A DNA stretch of 64,000 nucleotides from Amoebophrya sp. A120 (taxonomy: Eukaryota > Protista > Dinoflagellata), in NCBI GenBank assembly GCA_905178155.1, contig CAJINV010000010.1, forward strand, positions 1,440,094 to 1,504,093, given 5' to 3'. Position numbers and translations under genes: made by a program. The stretch's first letter is position 1. Each line of letters begins with the position of its first letter. Below the pieces are notes generated by a model. That model ran no database searches and was not told the origin of the DNA. It saw only the letters and a program-made list of their open reading frames with translations. This document shows, piece by piece, positions 11,959 through 25,100 of the stretch.

Positions 11959-13679
11959 CCGGCGGAGGGAGGCTACGGACTCTGGTGCAGCGTCTTCTCC
12001 GACAGTGCTAGTTGACATCAGGAGCCCAGTGGATACTAGTAGATCCGCTGATCATGCTGTAACTCAGGTATAGAGCGCGAGCGGAGCCGTGCTAGGTGTC
12101 GAGAACAGATGACTCCTGATGTTGTAAAGTATGCAAGTGAATGCTATTGTATGATTTTTTAGCTGGGGGATGAAGTCTTACCTCCCAGCATCCGTGCTAA
12201 CCGACCGGAGTACAGTTAACTAATGGCTAGGTGATAGAAGTCCATACTTCATCGTTCTAGCCAGCGGTCGATGTAGTTGTGCTACGGGGTTTAACTTCAA
12301 GATCTTCTATTTACACTTTTGCTTTTTAACGAGGACAACAAGTAATTTGTCGGCAACAACAAATTTTCCTTGTTTTTTATTTTTTGTAGCCGTAGCACTA
12401 GCTTTGAAGACTTTCAGAGCTGAAGGTAAAGTAGTTCAGTTCTTTCGCAAGGTTCGTGTAGCTGTCCAGCAGAAATTTTTTTTCTAGAGGGGCCATGCCA
12501 CAAGCTGCTTGCCGCGTGAGGAGAAAGCAAAAACCCTCAAGAGGTTCCCCGTGACCATCAACAAAAAACAAACAAACAAACAAACTTCAAGATCTTCCTG
12601 ATCATCGTCATGTCATCAAAGTAAAGAGGGAAGAATTACTCGTAAGCAATTCAAAGTTTTGGGTGACCCGTAAGTACTTCAAAGTTTTGGTTTTAAGGAA
12701 GAGTTATGTATACTTCAAAGTTTTGGATGAAATTGTGAGGACTTCTGCATACAGCACCACACGTAACAACCGTCACGAATTTGACAAGCGAACAAAAATC
12801 AATTATGTGTAAACAAGTATTGTGTTGTGTTTGCGTGTGACTCTAGCACTAGCAAAACACTGCATAGTACTGACACTGAGCAACTTTTCGCAAAAAAAGA
12901 TAGCAAAGATAGTTGAGCGAGCTCATCAGATTGCTAATTTTGGAAACAACAGAGTGGCATTGCCGTTGTTGTTTGCATAGTGTGGTTGCAAAGATTTTTT
13001 TGACGCATTCGAAAAGTGCTGTTACCAATGAAAGCACTACGTGCTGCTGAAGCTTCTGCCCCTTACATTGTTCATAGACGTTCTTCGCTGTAGTGGGTTC
13101 TGTCGCACCAGCTTCAGTTTTTCACGCTGAAGCTCTGCAGCGCGGAGGCCTGCGAGCTCCCTAAGCGACCTGTGTTTTCTTCGAATCGGATGAAGTGCGT
13201 TGTTTGAATTTAGGGTATAAAATCTTCTCTGGACAATGAATTCTCGAGATCACCACGTGACTCTGCTTTTATTCCGAGAGGAGGGTAATGAGAGGCACGG
13301 AAGAAAACGTCTCAGAGAAACGAAGATGGAGCAGTAGAGCGGTTGTGACAGTAACAAGTCACGGCCACTCACTTTTGCACGCCGTCCGTGTTTCTATTGA
13401 TTCAAGAAGCGTGGTGGAAAAGATCACACTAGCTGCCGTGTCGTGACCGTAGACGTGTCAGACGTAGATGTGCCAGCATTTTCGAATGTGAACTACGGAA
13501 AAAGATGAAATGATCCCGAGGAGACCTTCGACTGACCCAAACCAGACGCCTTCTCCGCGGCAATGTGATCAGAAAGGGGAATCTGTCGTCGTCGAGGACA
13601 ACGCACCAGAATTTTGTACAAATACAACCCTGGGCTGCGGTGTCGGTGGTTCCAAAAACGTCGTCCAAGTAGGGCGACA

Positions 13680-14669
13680 ATGGAGGAATCACCTGCTTCT
13701 CTGGTACTGGTTCCAGGATGCTCCTCCACCACCGCGAGTAAGAGTAGTAGTTTCACCTGCTCGGAACGCCAACAACACCCACGACAGCAGGGTGAAGAAG
13801 TCGAAAAATGCAATCAGCCCTATGTGCTCCTGGGTGGACGACGACCAAAAGGAGAACATCAAGAGGACCACGACAGTTCTTGTCCTACTTCTTTGGAAAA
13901 CGCCGGTCGTGGAGCTTGTGTAATAGAAGTAGAAAGAGAAACTACCACAGAGCTACTACACCAGGCGCTTGTACAGACACCTTTGCCAACGCCGCCGTCA
14001 CTTGCAACTGGAGAGGCTGCACGAAATAGAACTACAGCCGTTGTAGTTCATCTTGACGAGGATCATGCAGGCGCGGCAAGAGCGGCGACGTCGACGTCGG
14101 CACCAGCGATGCATGAAAATGCCACGACTTCTCTTCATGCAACAGCGACAGGACCTTCAGCCCCTACTGCACCTCCTAGTTGTGGAGCGGACGAACTACC
14201 ACCCTCTACCATTCCACCTCCACCCCCAACCTTCGTCGACGTGCTTTTCTACGTGCTCCCGTTTCTGACCCAGCAAACAACAAATACGCTGAAGCAAACC
14301 GGCGCAGCAGTTTATCAGCGCTTATCGGAAGAGGACTGCCAGCCGCTCCTCTCCCACTACATCCACAATGTGACGAGCAAAGGGCCGGGGCATTGGGGAC
14401 TCGGGGAGAGCGTGTTGGAATCCTGGAGAATCGTCTTGCAGCAGCAGAAGAACGGGAAGATTTGGCAAATCAAAAACCTCCGGTCGGTGCGATTGGAGGC
14501 GAAAAATCCGTTTCAAGCGGCTAATGTGGGATGTTTTCTGAAGTGTTTCGTGGAATGCTGTAAAACGGAACTGGACGGAAAATTACCGGCGTTTTTGCGG
14601 GAATTCAAAGTCGTCATTCCTGTCCGGTATCTGCATGCTTGGGAGAAAATGCGGCCCTATGGAAATTGA
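13680..14669 (+). CDS. Hypothetical protein, low-complexity N-terminus, possible F-box-like segment; 3' end uncertain
   Basis: Long open frame from ATG 13680; TFVDVLFYVLPFLTQQTTNTLKQT weakly resembles an F-box. Confidence 0.4.
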   Translation: MEESPASLVLVPGCSSTTASKSSSFTCSERQQHPRQQGEEVEKCNQPYVLLGGRRPKGEHQEDHDSSCPTSLENAGRGACVIEVERETTTELLHQALVQTPLPTPPSLATGEAARNRTTAVVVHLDEDHAGAARAATSTSAPAMHENATTSLHATATGPSAPTAPPSCGADELPPSTIPPPPPTFVDVLFYVLPFLTQQTTNTLKQTGAAVYQRLSEEDCQPLLSHYIHNVTSKGPGHWGLGESVLESWRIVLQQQKNGKIWQIKNLRSVRLEAKNPFQAANVGCFLKCFVECCKTELDGKLPAFLREFKVVIPVRYLHAWEKMRPYGN

Positions 14670-16133
14670 ATAACTATCTTTTTTGCTCACGACGAGGAAA
14701 GGAGGCACACTAGCAATATCTAGGATGCTTCTTTTGTCATGGACGAAGTATTCCTTATTTGCTGTCAATTCTTGCATTCGAATTGCGTCGACGTCGCCTA
14801 CTTTGCAGTTCCTGGTTTGCACCACGACCGGTGGTTTGTAGTTTCCAGGCAGCCCGTCGTCCTACACACTTATGACGTCAGCAGATTCAGGTGCCTCTTT
14901 ACGCCTTTCCTGCTGGCTGTGGCTACGTCATGCGAAGATGGTTTTTTCAATTTTAGGCTCTTCCGTGGATTATCACTTTTGAGGACTACTTTTTCCTTGA
15001 AGATAAAATAGCAGAGCTGTCGGAGCGAGCTAATCTTGAGCAGGCTCGCCTTCTGCAAATCGATGTCCGTGATCTCCCACCTACGCACCACTTGGGCCTT
15101 CATTATACCAGCGATTGTAGAAATGAAAGATATGGTGCGGTGGATTCGCTAGAAGACTGTGATTGTCATGTGCGAGGGGCTGCGGACTCGCCTTTTGCTG
15201 GTAATTGCTTTGCTATCTCCTTTTGCTTGCAGTCATTGGTAGAGAACCCTCCACATAATTCAGACGAGGACGGAAAACAAAAGTATTTCGCTAGTCTTTG
15301 CTTTCTGCAACCAATGAAATGACCGGAAGACCAGTATCGACTTGGTGCTGTGTATATAAATATCACACGCGAGCAGGACGTACTTGCAAGTCCAGGCTAA
15401 ATGACCTTGTCGCTCTGCGATTTCAGAGACTGTAGCGACTTGTTCGCTGCAATGAAGCTGGCCTGTTCTTGCGATCATGCCGTTTAAGCACTATGTACTC
15501 GCGGTTGCTGCACCAGATGATGATGATTGCTCACCTTCACTGCCTCTTTGTCCAATCGGCGTGCCCCGGAGCGGCTAGTAAAAGCGTGGATTCATTTTCT
15601 CAGGAGCTGCAGGGCTTCTTCGGCCTCTGCATGTGAGCGAGTAGTGACAGGAGGGGTACTTGATTTCGAGTTGGTTCCTGTAGGCCAAGCAATATAATGC
15701 GGCCGACCACTTACAGTGAAGACTGAAGAGTGGACAGTGAAGAGTTTTTGTTGCTATTATTAAGCTTTTTTCCTTCTTTTCCATTGCCATTGCTGTCTCG
15801 CCATTGCCAATGCTGACTTCACGTACACCATCAGAAGTGTAGCATTGGCGTCGGCCGCAAGAAAAAATACTTGCGTTTCGTAGGTGGTTCGCGCATTTTT
15901 TGAAACTTTCTGATTCTGATTCTGAGCGGCGCGTGTACGATGCACGTGGGATAGCAGAGTTGCTCCTGTTACGGCTGGAACTCTTAGCACTGACATTGAC
16001 TGAGCGATGGGTGGAGGAGGTTGTACTACAAACTTACAGCAAGGTCGTGTCTGCTTATTTTGTATCTTCGGCCTGTCACCGATGTAAAATAGGTTCATTG
16101 CTCCACTTACTTACATACCTCTGAAAATAAACC

Positions 16134-19100
16134 ATGGTCGTCGACGACGTTTATCGCGGCGACGGCCAGGGGTCTTCGGTATGCACAGAAAAAAACCCAT
16201 CCACATCCAATTTGTCATGCACAACACGTATCAAGTCATATGTTTGTCATGCAAAAAATGGATGTGGATGGGTTTTTTTCTGTGGATATTCGGTTTCCGG
16301 TCACACCACCATCACCGCCCCCATTGACTACGATCGAATGAGCAGAGTGTCACCCGGACCTGCTTCTTCCATCGTCACGCCACCACCTGTCGTGACCAAC
16401 TCGCACCACAGTGGTCCCACCGCTGGAGGTGCAGGTCCTGCCGCATCTACTCAAGAAGAGCTCCCTAGTACAATCACAGCTGCGGGCGCGCAGGCGTCTC
16501 CTGGGGCGGGAGGTGGAACAAGCAACGCTTCAAGCCTCGTCCAGAACAAAAACGGCAACAAGCTTCCATTGGCTACTGGTACTGGTCCAATAGCCGACAC
16601 CAGTCCCCAGGCCAGCCACGCATCCACACATTCTCTATCCTGTGCAAAAGTATCGTACTCGTAGTAATCCTCGCAGTCATGCATTACAAATCTCCTTCCC
16701 GAGGCAAATCAGCATGACGAATTCCATTGATTTGTAATGCTGAGCCAATTTGTATTGCAATTACTACTAGTACGATACTTCTGCAGTGCATATTCTCTCC
16801 GGGGGTACCACAGTGGCCAGGACACCTTCAATGAGCAAACGCCTCCGACTATCCTGAGGAAAAACGTCCCCACACCAGAGTCAAGATGGAAAATCTGCTA
16901 GACAAATCAGCCAGCTTTGGTTGTTTCGCATGACAAATTTGTCCTCGTAGTGTAGTCGTGTTTAGGTAGTCTAGCAGCATCACAGGTCTAGCATATCATG
17001 CTGATTATAGCATCGGAAATTCCAAAATGCGATTACAAAATGCCTCTCATGGCGCTTCGCATGAGAAACGTTTTTGGCATGCAGATTTGCATGACAACTC
17101 TGGGGTGGGGATGTTTTTACTCAGAATACCGACTCTGGTCGACGGCGCATCGACACCTCCGACGCCCATTATGACAATGCACAACTCCCGCTCCCCCTCA
17201 TTTGTCATGCAAAACGACAAGCCCATCCTTTTTTCCCTGGCACTGCTTGCATGGCAGGTTCCGGAATAGCCGGAACAGCACTACAACGACCGGTCGCGAG
17301 TTTATATTGGAATCTGTCATGCACAAACTGCATTTATGCCAGCACTTGTGTTGCTGCTTATGCCCTTCAAATGAGGGGAAGGGGGAGTTGTTGTGCACTC
17401 TCATACCGATCACGCCGCTCCGCGAGGCACGCTTCGTCCGGCCGCGGCTAAGGAATCGGTCAGAGCCGTTGACTATGCACTGCAAAAGTATAATGATCGT
17501 ACAACTAGTGTGAACCGCATTACAAATGATTTTCCCAACACGATCATATAGAAGAACGAAACTTTTAGTAATGCTCATATACCTGAGTCTGAGACTGGAC
17601 ATTTCAATTTGTCATGCAACGTTGCAATTAGGACGCTTGCTTTTGCAGTGGAAATTGGCGGCGGAGGAAGAGCAGTTCGAGTATGTGAATTCACTCACCG
17701 GTATCCAGGAAAAAACACCCATCCCCATCCATTTTTTGCATGACAAACACTGCAGCTTATGCATGTTTTGCATGACAAATTGGATGGGGATGGGTGTTTT
17801 TTCCTGGATAACCGGCGCGCTGCGAGAATTGGAGCATTTGAGTTTGCAGTACTACGCACTCGTCTGTACCAAGCCGCCACTCCCGTTGTCCGAGCTAACG
17901 GACCACAACAGTGCGGGAGCTGCACACTTGAGCAACAGTATATGCAACTATACAAATTGAAATTTCCCGTACATGTACAAAATGCATCACAAATTTCAGG
18001 GATTCTTCAGAAGAGCTCGCTTGTCATGCTGATGAAGAGGTTTGACGAAAAAGTTTGTCATGCGGAAGCCACATTTGTTGTACATGTGCGGGAAATTTAC
18101 TGTGGATACAGTACTAGCAGACTCAACAAAGCACTCGGTGATCAACAGCCGCCAAGTCCCTCGGCGAGGAACAGCGACACTGCGTTCAATATTGCCACAT
18201 CCAGTTTAAGCACGATCGGGTACTCGACTGGCTTCTCTCAGCCGAACTACTCGGGCTCTTTGGGCAGCCGGTTCGGCAGCAGTGCGATGCTGGATCCCAA
18301 CAACCTCCCGCGGGAGCTGGAGCACGAACGACCGCTGCGCAAGTTTCTACAGAGACCGGATCTATGAGAGTGTACAACTCCGCCTCCCCCTCATTCGTAT
18401 GGCATGAACAGCAACACAAACAACAGCAGAAAACGGGCTCTCGCATGACAAATCTGCGTGCAGATTGTAGTACTATTATTTGCAGTTCCAAAATTTGTCA
18501 TGCTAGCAGTGCGTACGAGCAGGTTTGAATATTGTATTTTGCATTACAAATGAGGGGGAGGGGGAGTTGTGCACTCTCATAGGATCGGGACAAATACGCA
18601 AAACAGATCCGGGGGGTACAGGACGTCAGTGACGATTTGTACCCGGACGTGGATGAGAAGGATGTTTTGCTGATTTTGGGTGATTTAACCGACGACCGTA
18701 TCATATGTAAAAGGGTCCCCACTTCCATACAGTCAAGTTGGGAAATCTACTCGCAAGATAAATCAGCAAGCTTTTGCTGTTGCGCATGACAAGTCTGGGC
18801 TCGCAATGTAGTATTCTGATTCGACCATCACAAATTTCAAAACAGAACTTAGAAAATGCATCGCATGGGGATACGCATGAGAAACGTTTTAAAGCATGCA
18901 GATTTGCGGGGCAACTGTTGGGCGGGGACGCCGTTTTTGCATAGGACAAAACGATTACCGATCCCGGATTTGGTCCGGCTGTTTGACGCGTACCCGTATG
19001 CATTGCAAATGTATCGTACTAGGAGTAATTGCAATACAAATTCGCTCAGCATTACAAATGGAATTTGTCATGCTGATTCGCCTTGGGAAGGAGATTTGTA

Positions 19101-22100
19101 ATGCATGACTGCGATTACTACGAGTGCGATACTTTTGCACAGGATAATCCGCAGTCGCCGCCGATTCTTGTCGTGCACATCTCGATCAAGGACGCCTATC
19201 CGGCGTCTACCGCTTTGAAACTGGAGTTGAAGGAAAAGATGCGGCAGTATGCACTGCAAAAGCATTGTACTCGAATTGCGATCATGTATTACAAGTATTT
19301 TTCTTTAGGTAAATCAGCATTGCAAATTTTATTTCTCATGCTGAGGAAATTTGCATGAGCATGACATTTTTTACGAGTACGATAATTTTGCACTGGATAA
19401 GCAGTTGAAAAAAGCGAAACTGCAAAGAGGCAGCGCGGAGGTGGTACAGCACCTGAAGGCGCAGGCGGCTTTGTTTCCTGCTGGAGCAGGTGTTCCTCTT
19501 CCTCCGACGTTGCTACCGGTGCAGAATTATGCACTGCAAAAGTATCGTACTAGTATAAATCGCAATACAAATTTCCTTAGCATTAGAAATGGAATTTGTA
19601 ATGCGGGTTTGCCTTAAGAAAAAGATTTGTAATGCAAGACTTGCATTTATACGAGTACGATACTTTTGCAAAGGATAAGAATGAAGATTTGGGGAAAATC
19701 AAAGAGAAGCAGATCATATCAAATGCAAATATGTCTGGGTCTGGAAGAGTTATGTTACTTCTGAATGACACAGCAGGTCTGGCATGGAAGCTCTCGCATC
19801 ACAGGCTTCGAGAAGCTTCCGCAATGCCGAATCTGCATGACAAATGCCCCACTTTGGTGACAAAAAGCGGGCAGCTTTTGCTGCCTATGCATGGGAGATT
19901 TTCATGTGTTGCGAAATGCGCATCACAAGTTGCATCCTTCCAGACCCAGACATGTTTGCAACGCATAGATCACCAATACCAGCAACAGCAGTATGGAAAA
20001 AACCATCAGCTCCATGTTTACCGCGTCGAAACAGTCAGAGTCGGTAAATAATTTCGGAACCTTATGGAAGTGTCAGAATCGGAATTGACAAAATCGAAAA
20101 ACTTGCGATGCATAAAATCGATACCAGTTGGAGCCTCAGTTTGCAAGCGGCGCATGACAAATTTCAGGAGCACCCGAGTACAGTCTGACATGCTGTTTGG
20201 GCAAAGAAGACTGCTCCTGTCGTGCTACTCTGGCAGCGCATTGCATACCCCTGAACAGGCTCACAATCGGTCCCATTTGCCTGCTCCCCAATACAGGCCT
20301 CCAGTGCCCTACATTTTATGCATGGCGAATCATTTCAACTTTGTTGATTTCAATCCTGACACTCCCATAAAGCGGCACCGGTGTGAAAGAAAAAAGTGGG
20401 ACGTCGGTGTCCGCGTTGTTAGACGGCATGGAAGAGGGGGATGAGGAAGGTTTACATCAGGAGCAGGACGATGTAGATGTTGACCAACGACAACAAGAAA
20501 TCTACGAAAGAGTCAACACGACTACAGCCCTTGTTTCCAGCACAACTTCTAAGAACACGACGAAAGACCAGCAGAATGTTGATCCTGCCGAACATCAAAA
20601 CCACGAAGACCATCATGAGAAATTGCTGCAACATCAGCAAGATCGTGGGCTGCATCATCATGAAGATGAAGACCAAAACCACGACTTGAGCATTGACAAA
20701 TCGCCGGACCACGCTGCCAATGCGAACGTGGTTGTTGGGAGTTCTACCGGGCAGATGAAGCAAGAACAACAGAATCCGAACAATCCTGCAAAGCCCAGGT
20801 CCAGAACGAATTCTGGCAGTGACAGACAGCGTTCGCATTCCCGCGTGCCTAGTCTGCCAGGCAGCCATTCTAGCTCGCCGGACCGACAACGAAGCAGTGC
20901 CAGTGGAGACCTTGGTACTGTTGTTGTATTCTAGTAAGTCTAGTAGATTCTTTCTACTCGCTGCGCGAAGAACTTGAACTACTGATGAATGCATAAGTGT
21001 GCATAAGGAATAGATACTTAGCTGCAGCTCCTGGAAGGAGGAGTTTACTAAATTTATCTAAAATGATCAGCATGATTATATTTTTTATTCTTGTTATAGT
21101 TTTTTAGTTTTTTGATCAACACGACCCGACGCCGACCTATCTCTATCACAGTCCTCCCGCGGCTCCTCGACTCCGCCTTGCAAATCGAGATCACGGAAAA
21201 GCTCCTGCAACTCGGCGCCGACGGGGTGATTTGGCGCGCGTGCTTCAATTTGGACTTCCAGGTACGCATGTACTTGATGCGGGTGGAATATCCTGTGCAA
21301 AAGTATCGTACTCGTATTGCAATCATGCGTTACAAATTCTTTTCTTAAGGTCAATCAGCATTACCTCTCATGCTGAGGAAATTTGTAATGCATTTATACG
21401 AGTGCGATACTTGTGCAATGCATATGGAGTCGAACATGGCAAGAATGTCACGGCAGCTGCACTTGAACCAGCAAGCCTCCGCGATCAACATGGCCGATGT
21501 AGAGGCAGTATGCAAAGAAAAAAGTGTTACAGTTACACATTGTGTTGCAGACCAAGCAAGACAGACAACCTCTCTCATGCTGGAAAGGCATGCGAGCCTC
21601 GTTTCATGCGTGTGTTTTCCCCTAGGATCTGCGCATTACAAGTTTTCTGCTCTGCAATGCAGAGCGAGTTTGTACTATTGCTGAATTCACTAGAAATGTG
21701 CATACTGTAGCAGTTTTTTCTCGGGATAGACAGTCGAGTTGAAGTACTACAAGTTTCTCTGGCAGTACGTGTTCAAGCGCATGTTCCAGCACTTCGCAAG
21801 TTGCAACCCGGCGCTGGATATGCATTGCAAAAGTTGTATCGTACTTGTATAAATGCATTACAAATCAATTTCCTCAGCATGAGAAACAAAATTTGTCATG
21901 CGGATTTACCTTGTTCAGAAAAAAATTTGTATATACATGACTGCAATACGAGTACGATACTTTTGCCCAGGATATTGGACCAACTCGAGACCGCCCAGGG
22001 AGTGGATTCCTGGGTGTTTGAAAAGATCGTCTCCGAGGGGAGGTTAGGGGTCACCTGGCGGTGCCACAACACCGCACTGACCGGGGATGACGCGGCGGGC

Positions 22101-25100
22101 GCCGGGGGGAAGAAGAATAAAACCGGAACGAGTAGCACCTCTTCCTCCGACCACAGCACCAGCACATCGCGGAGGAAAAACACGCCGAAGGTGATGAGAT
22201 GCATGCGGGTTGTGGAAAAGAACAAAATTGAGTCGGCTTTGGAATTGGAGGAACTTTACCGCGAGTATAGGCTCGGGCTGCTATAAAGGTGCACAACTCC
22301 TCCTCCCCCGCATTTGTATGTCATGAACAGCAATACAAACACCAGCTCCAGCGTAGATGGAGCCTATGCATGGCAAATCTATGTCCCTAATGTAGTGCTG
22401 TTTTGGCTTGTTCCGGAATTTGTCAAGCAAACAGTGCCGCAGGGCGGCGACTGGATTTGGGATTTTGCATGACAAAGAAAGGGGAGGGGGGGGGTTGTGC
22501 ACTGTCATAGTTACTCAGCTCCATGGAGAAGCACCCGAACATCCTTTGCTGTCACGGGATGCTGCTATCAAATGCAAATATGTCTGGGTCTGGAATCTTG
22601 TGATGCTGGTTGGAGAAAGACGAGCACACCTCAATTGGCTGCCAAGCATGACAAGTTTTGCAGATGCTACAGCGTTGTCTACTCTGCATGACAAACCGCG
22701 CTGCTGCCTGAGAGAAGAATGGCACTTTTGGGCAGCGCGCAAGACAACCTTGTGAATCATGCTAGCAGAGCATGGCAGACCCTGCATCTACTTTTTCGAG
22801 TTCGATAGCTGCACTCCACGAACCATTTGTACTTTATAATGGACGACCTCGGCGACGGGCGGAATCTCATGCACGTTCTGCAAACCTACCCGAACAAGGA
22901 ATTCCCGGAGCAGCAAATTCACGCGGTCTGGGTGCAGGTGTTGTGCGCGATTTCGTATTGTCACCAGGCCCTGGTGTGTCACCGAGATATCAAGCCAGAA
23001 ATCGTGCACATGGGAAGGAACGGAGTGGTATATTTTTATTGTTTTGATGATCTTACAACTGATGGTGATGATTTCGATTAACGCCCTTCTCTTACATACA
23101 TATGCATCTCGAGCATGACAAACAAAGTTTCTCAAGGGAGTTGCGCATTACGAATTTTCACATAGATGAAAAAAATAAATACTGAAAGGTAAAAGTCACG
23201 GATTTTACCCGTTCCACGTTGATGAAGGAAGTGGAAATGAACGGCAACAATTTCAAGCTATGAAATGCAAATATGTCTCAGTCTGCAAACTTGTGATGCG
23301 GGCTGGACAATCTTGAGGACGTCTCAATTCGTGGCCGCGCATGAAAAGTTTTTGAGAGGCTTCTAGGTGTTGCCTGTGCTGCATGGCAACCAACATACTT
23401 TGCATTCTTCCAGACCAAGCAGACATATTTCCAATCCATACAAAGACCGGCTGAACAAAATCGACAACCTCACAGAAGAAGAAAGGAAAGAGTACTGCAC
23501 GGGAAGCATTTACGACAACCCAGCAAGGCTCGTACCGGGCCACTGGCCTTACATGGCGCCGGAAGTGATTATCCCCGGGCTGAACTTTGTCGACGGAGCC
23601 CTAGCGGATGTTTGGGGCTTGGGAATTCTCTTGGTGGACATGATTCTGGGACCTGGAAGGATAGGGCATTTGGTGAAAAAGTTCGTCGCGAAAACCCAGG
23701 CGCAACTCGACGCCAGAGTATCCTGTGCAAAAGTATCGTACTCGTAGTGCAATCATGCATTACAAATCTTTTTCTTAAGGTAAATCAGCATTACAAATTT
23801 TATTTCTCATGCTGAGGAAATTTGTAATGCATTGATACGAGTGCGATACTTTTGCAATTCTAATTCATACAGAGGCGAGGTGTTCGAAAGTTTCGAAAAA
23901 CTGCAAAATAGATCCTCTGAAAACGAAACGAAGCTGAACGCTATCAAGTGCAAAAATGTCTTGGTCTGGTGGAAACTTGTGATGCTGGTTGGCGAATCCT
24001 GAGGACGCCACAGATGACAGCTCAGCATGACAAGTTTCTGACTTGCTAGGTGTTGCGTATTCTGCATGACAAACCCCGTCTCGGCATGACAGAAAAGTGG
24101 GCCTTTTGGGTAACGAGCATAACAGATTTTTGACTCATGCTAGCAGAGCATGGCAGACCTTCCCTTCTTCCAGACCAAGACATATTTGCGATCCATAAAC
24201 GCGAAGCATCTCGCGGAAAGAAACCGTCGGATTCTCGAGAACAACGAGGAAAGCCATTCCCAGAATAGCGGGGATGGCGGTGACGCGTCGTCTCTCTCCC
24301 CGAGCAAGGGTTCCGGCGCCTTTTCCTTCGGATCGCGATCGCCCGCAAACGTGCAGCAGTTATCAATCGGCTTTTCTCAAGCGTGGTTAATAAATTGGTA
24401 GCCGTATACATGTGTGTGCGACACAAGAACTACTACAGTGGCGAGGACCTTGCGTGGATCGCGTTACAGCTTTTCTTGAAAGGATAATTCCCCTGCGCTC
24501 TTCTTGCAGCGCGTCGAGATGAACTTGTCGTCATGCGAGAGGGTGGAATAATCGCCCGGAAGGTGATGGTGAAGATTCTGCATGAAGAGAAGAAAACCAC
24601 ATGTAAAAACTACACAGACTACCTCCAAAAATGTAGTAACGGACGCTTCAAATCCTCCATAGCCTCTGCTCGGAGCCTCAAAAGCGTCGGGCGTAAACAC
24701 GGAATCGCATTCGAGCAAGGAAAGCCCACAGGGAGCGGATTACAGCAACTTAGCCAAAGCGGCGAAAACCTCTCCAACATCCGGCGGCAAGGAACGAAAA
24801 AGGCTGAAAGAAGGCGTAGATAGGAAGAACAGCGGCGCTACTCCACCACCCGAAGAGCTGAGTGGTGAGATGAAAAGGGATATGAAATGCAAAAATGTCT
24901 GGGTCTGGGAGGTTGGAGCTTGTGATGCTAACTTCGGACTCTAAAAAAATCTGTATTGCATGATCAGCAAGAGGAGTCTAGTTTGTGCTACGCGGGGAGG
25001 GCGTTTGTCATGCGGAATAGGCAACATCAGGAAGCCCTCTAAAAATCTGTGATGCTAGGTCATGCATTACAAGCATCATGGGTCATGCCAGTCAAGCATG

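Noticed and set aside
12385-12410. CCGTAGC resembling the start of the dinoflagellate spliced leader
   Set aside because: Only ~7 nt match and the rest of the leader is absent.
12649-12727. Three copies of TTCAAAGTTTTGG with short unique spacers (CRISPR-like look)
   Set aside because: The repeat is too short, spacers are short and irregular, there are no cas genes and the context is eukaryotic. It is a degenerate local repeat.
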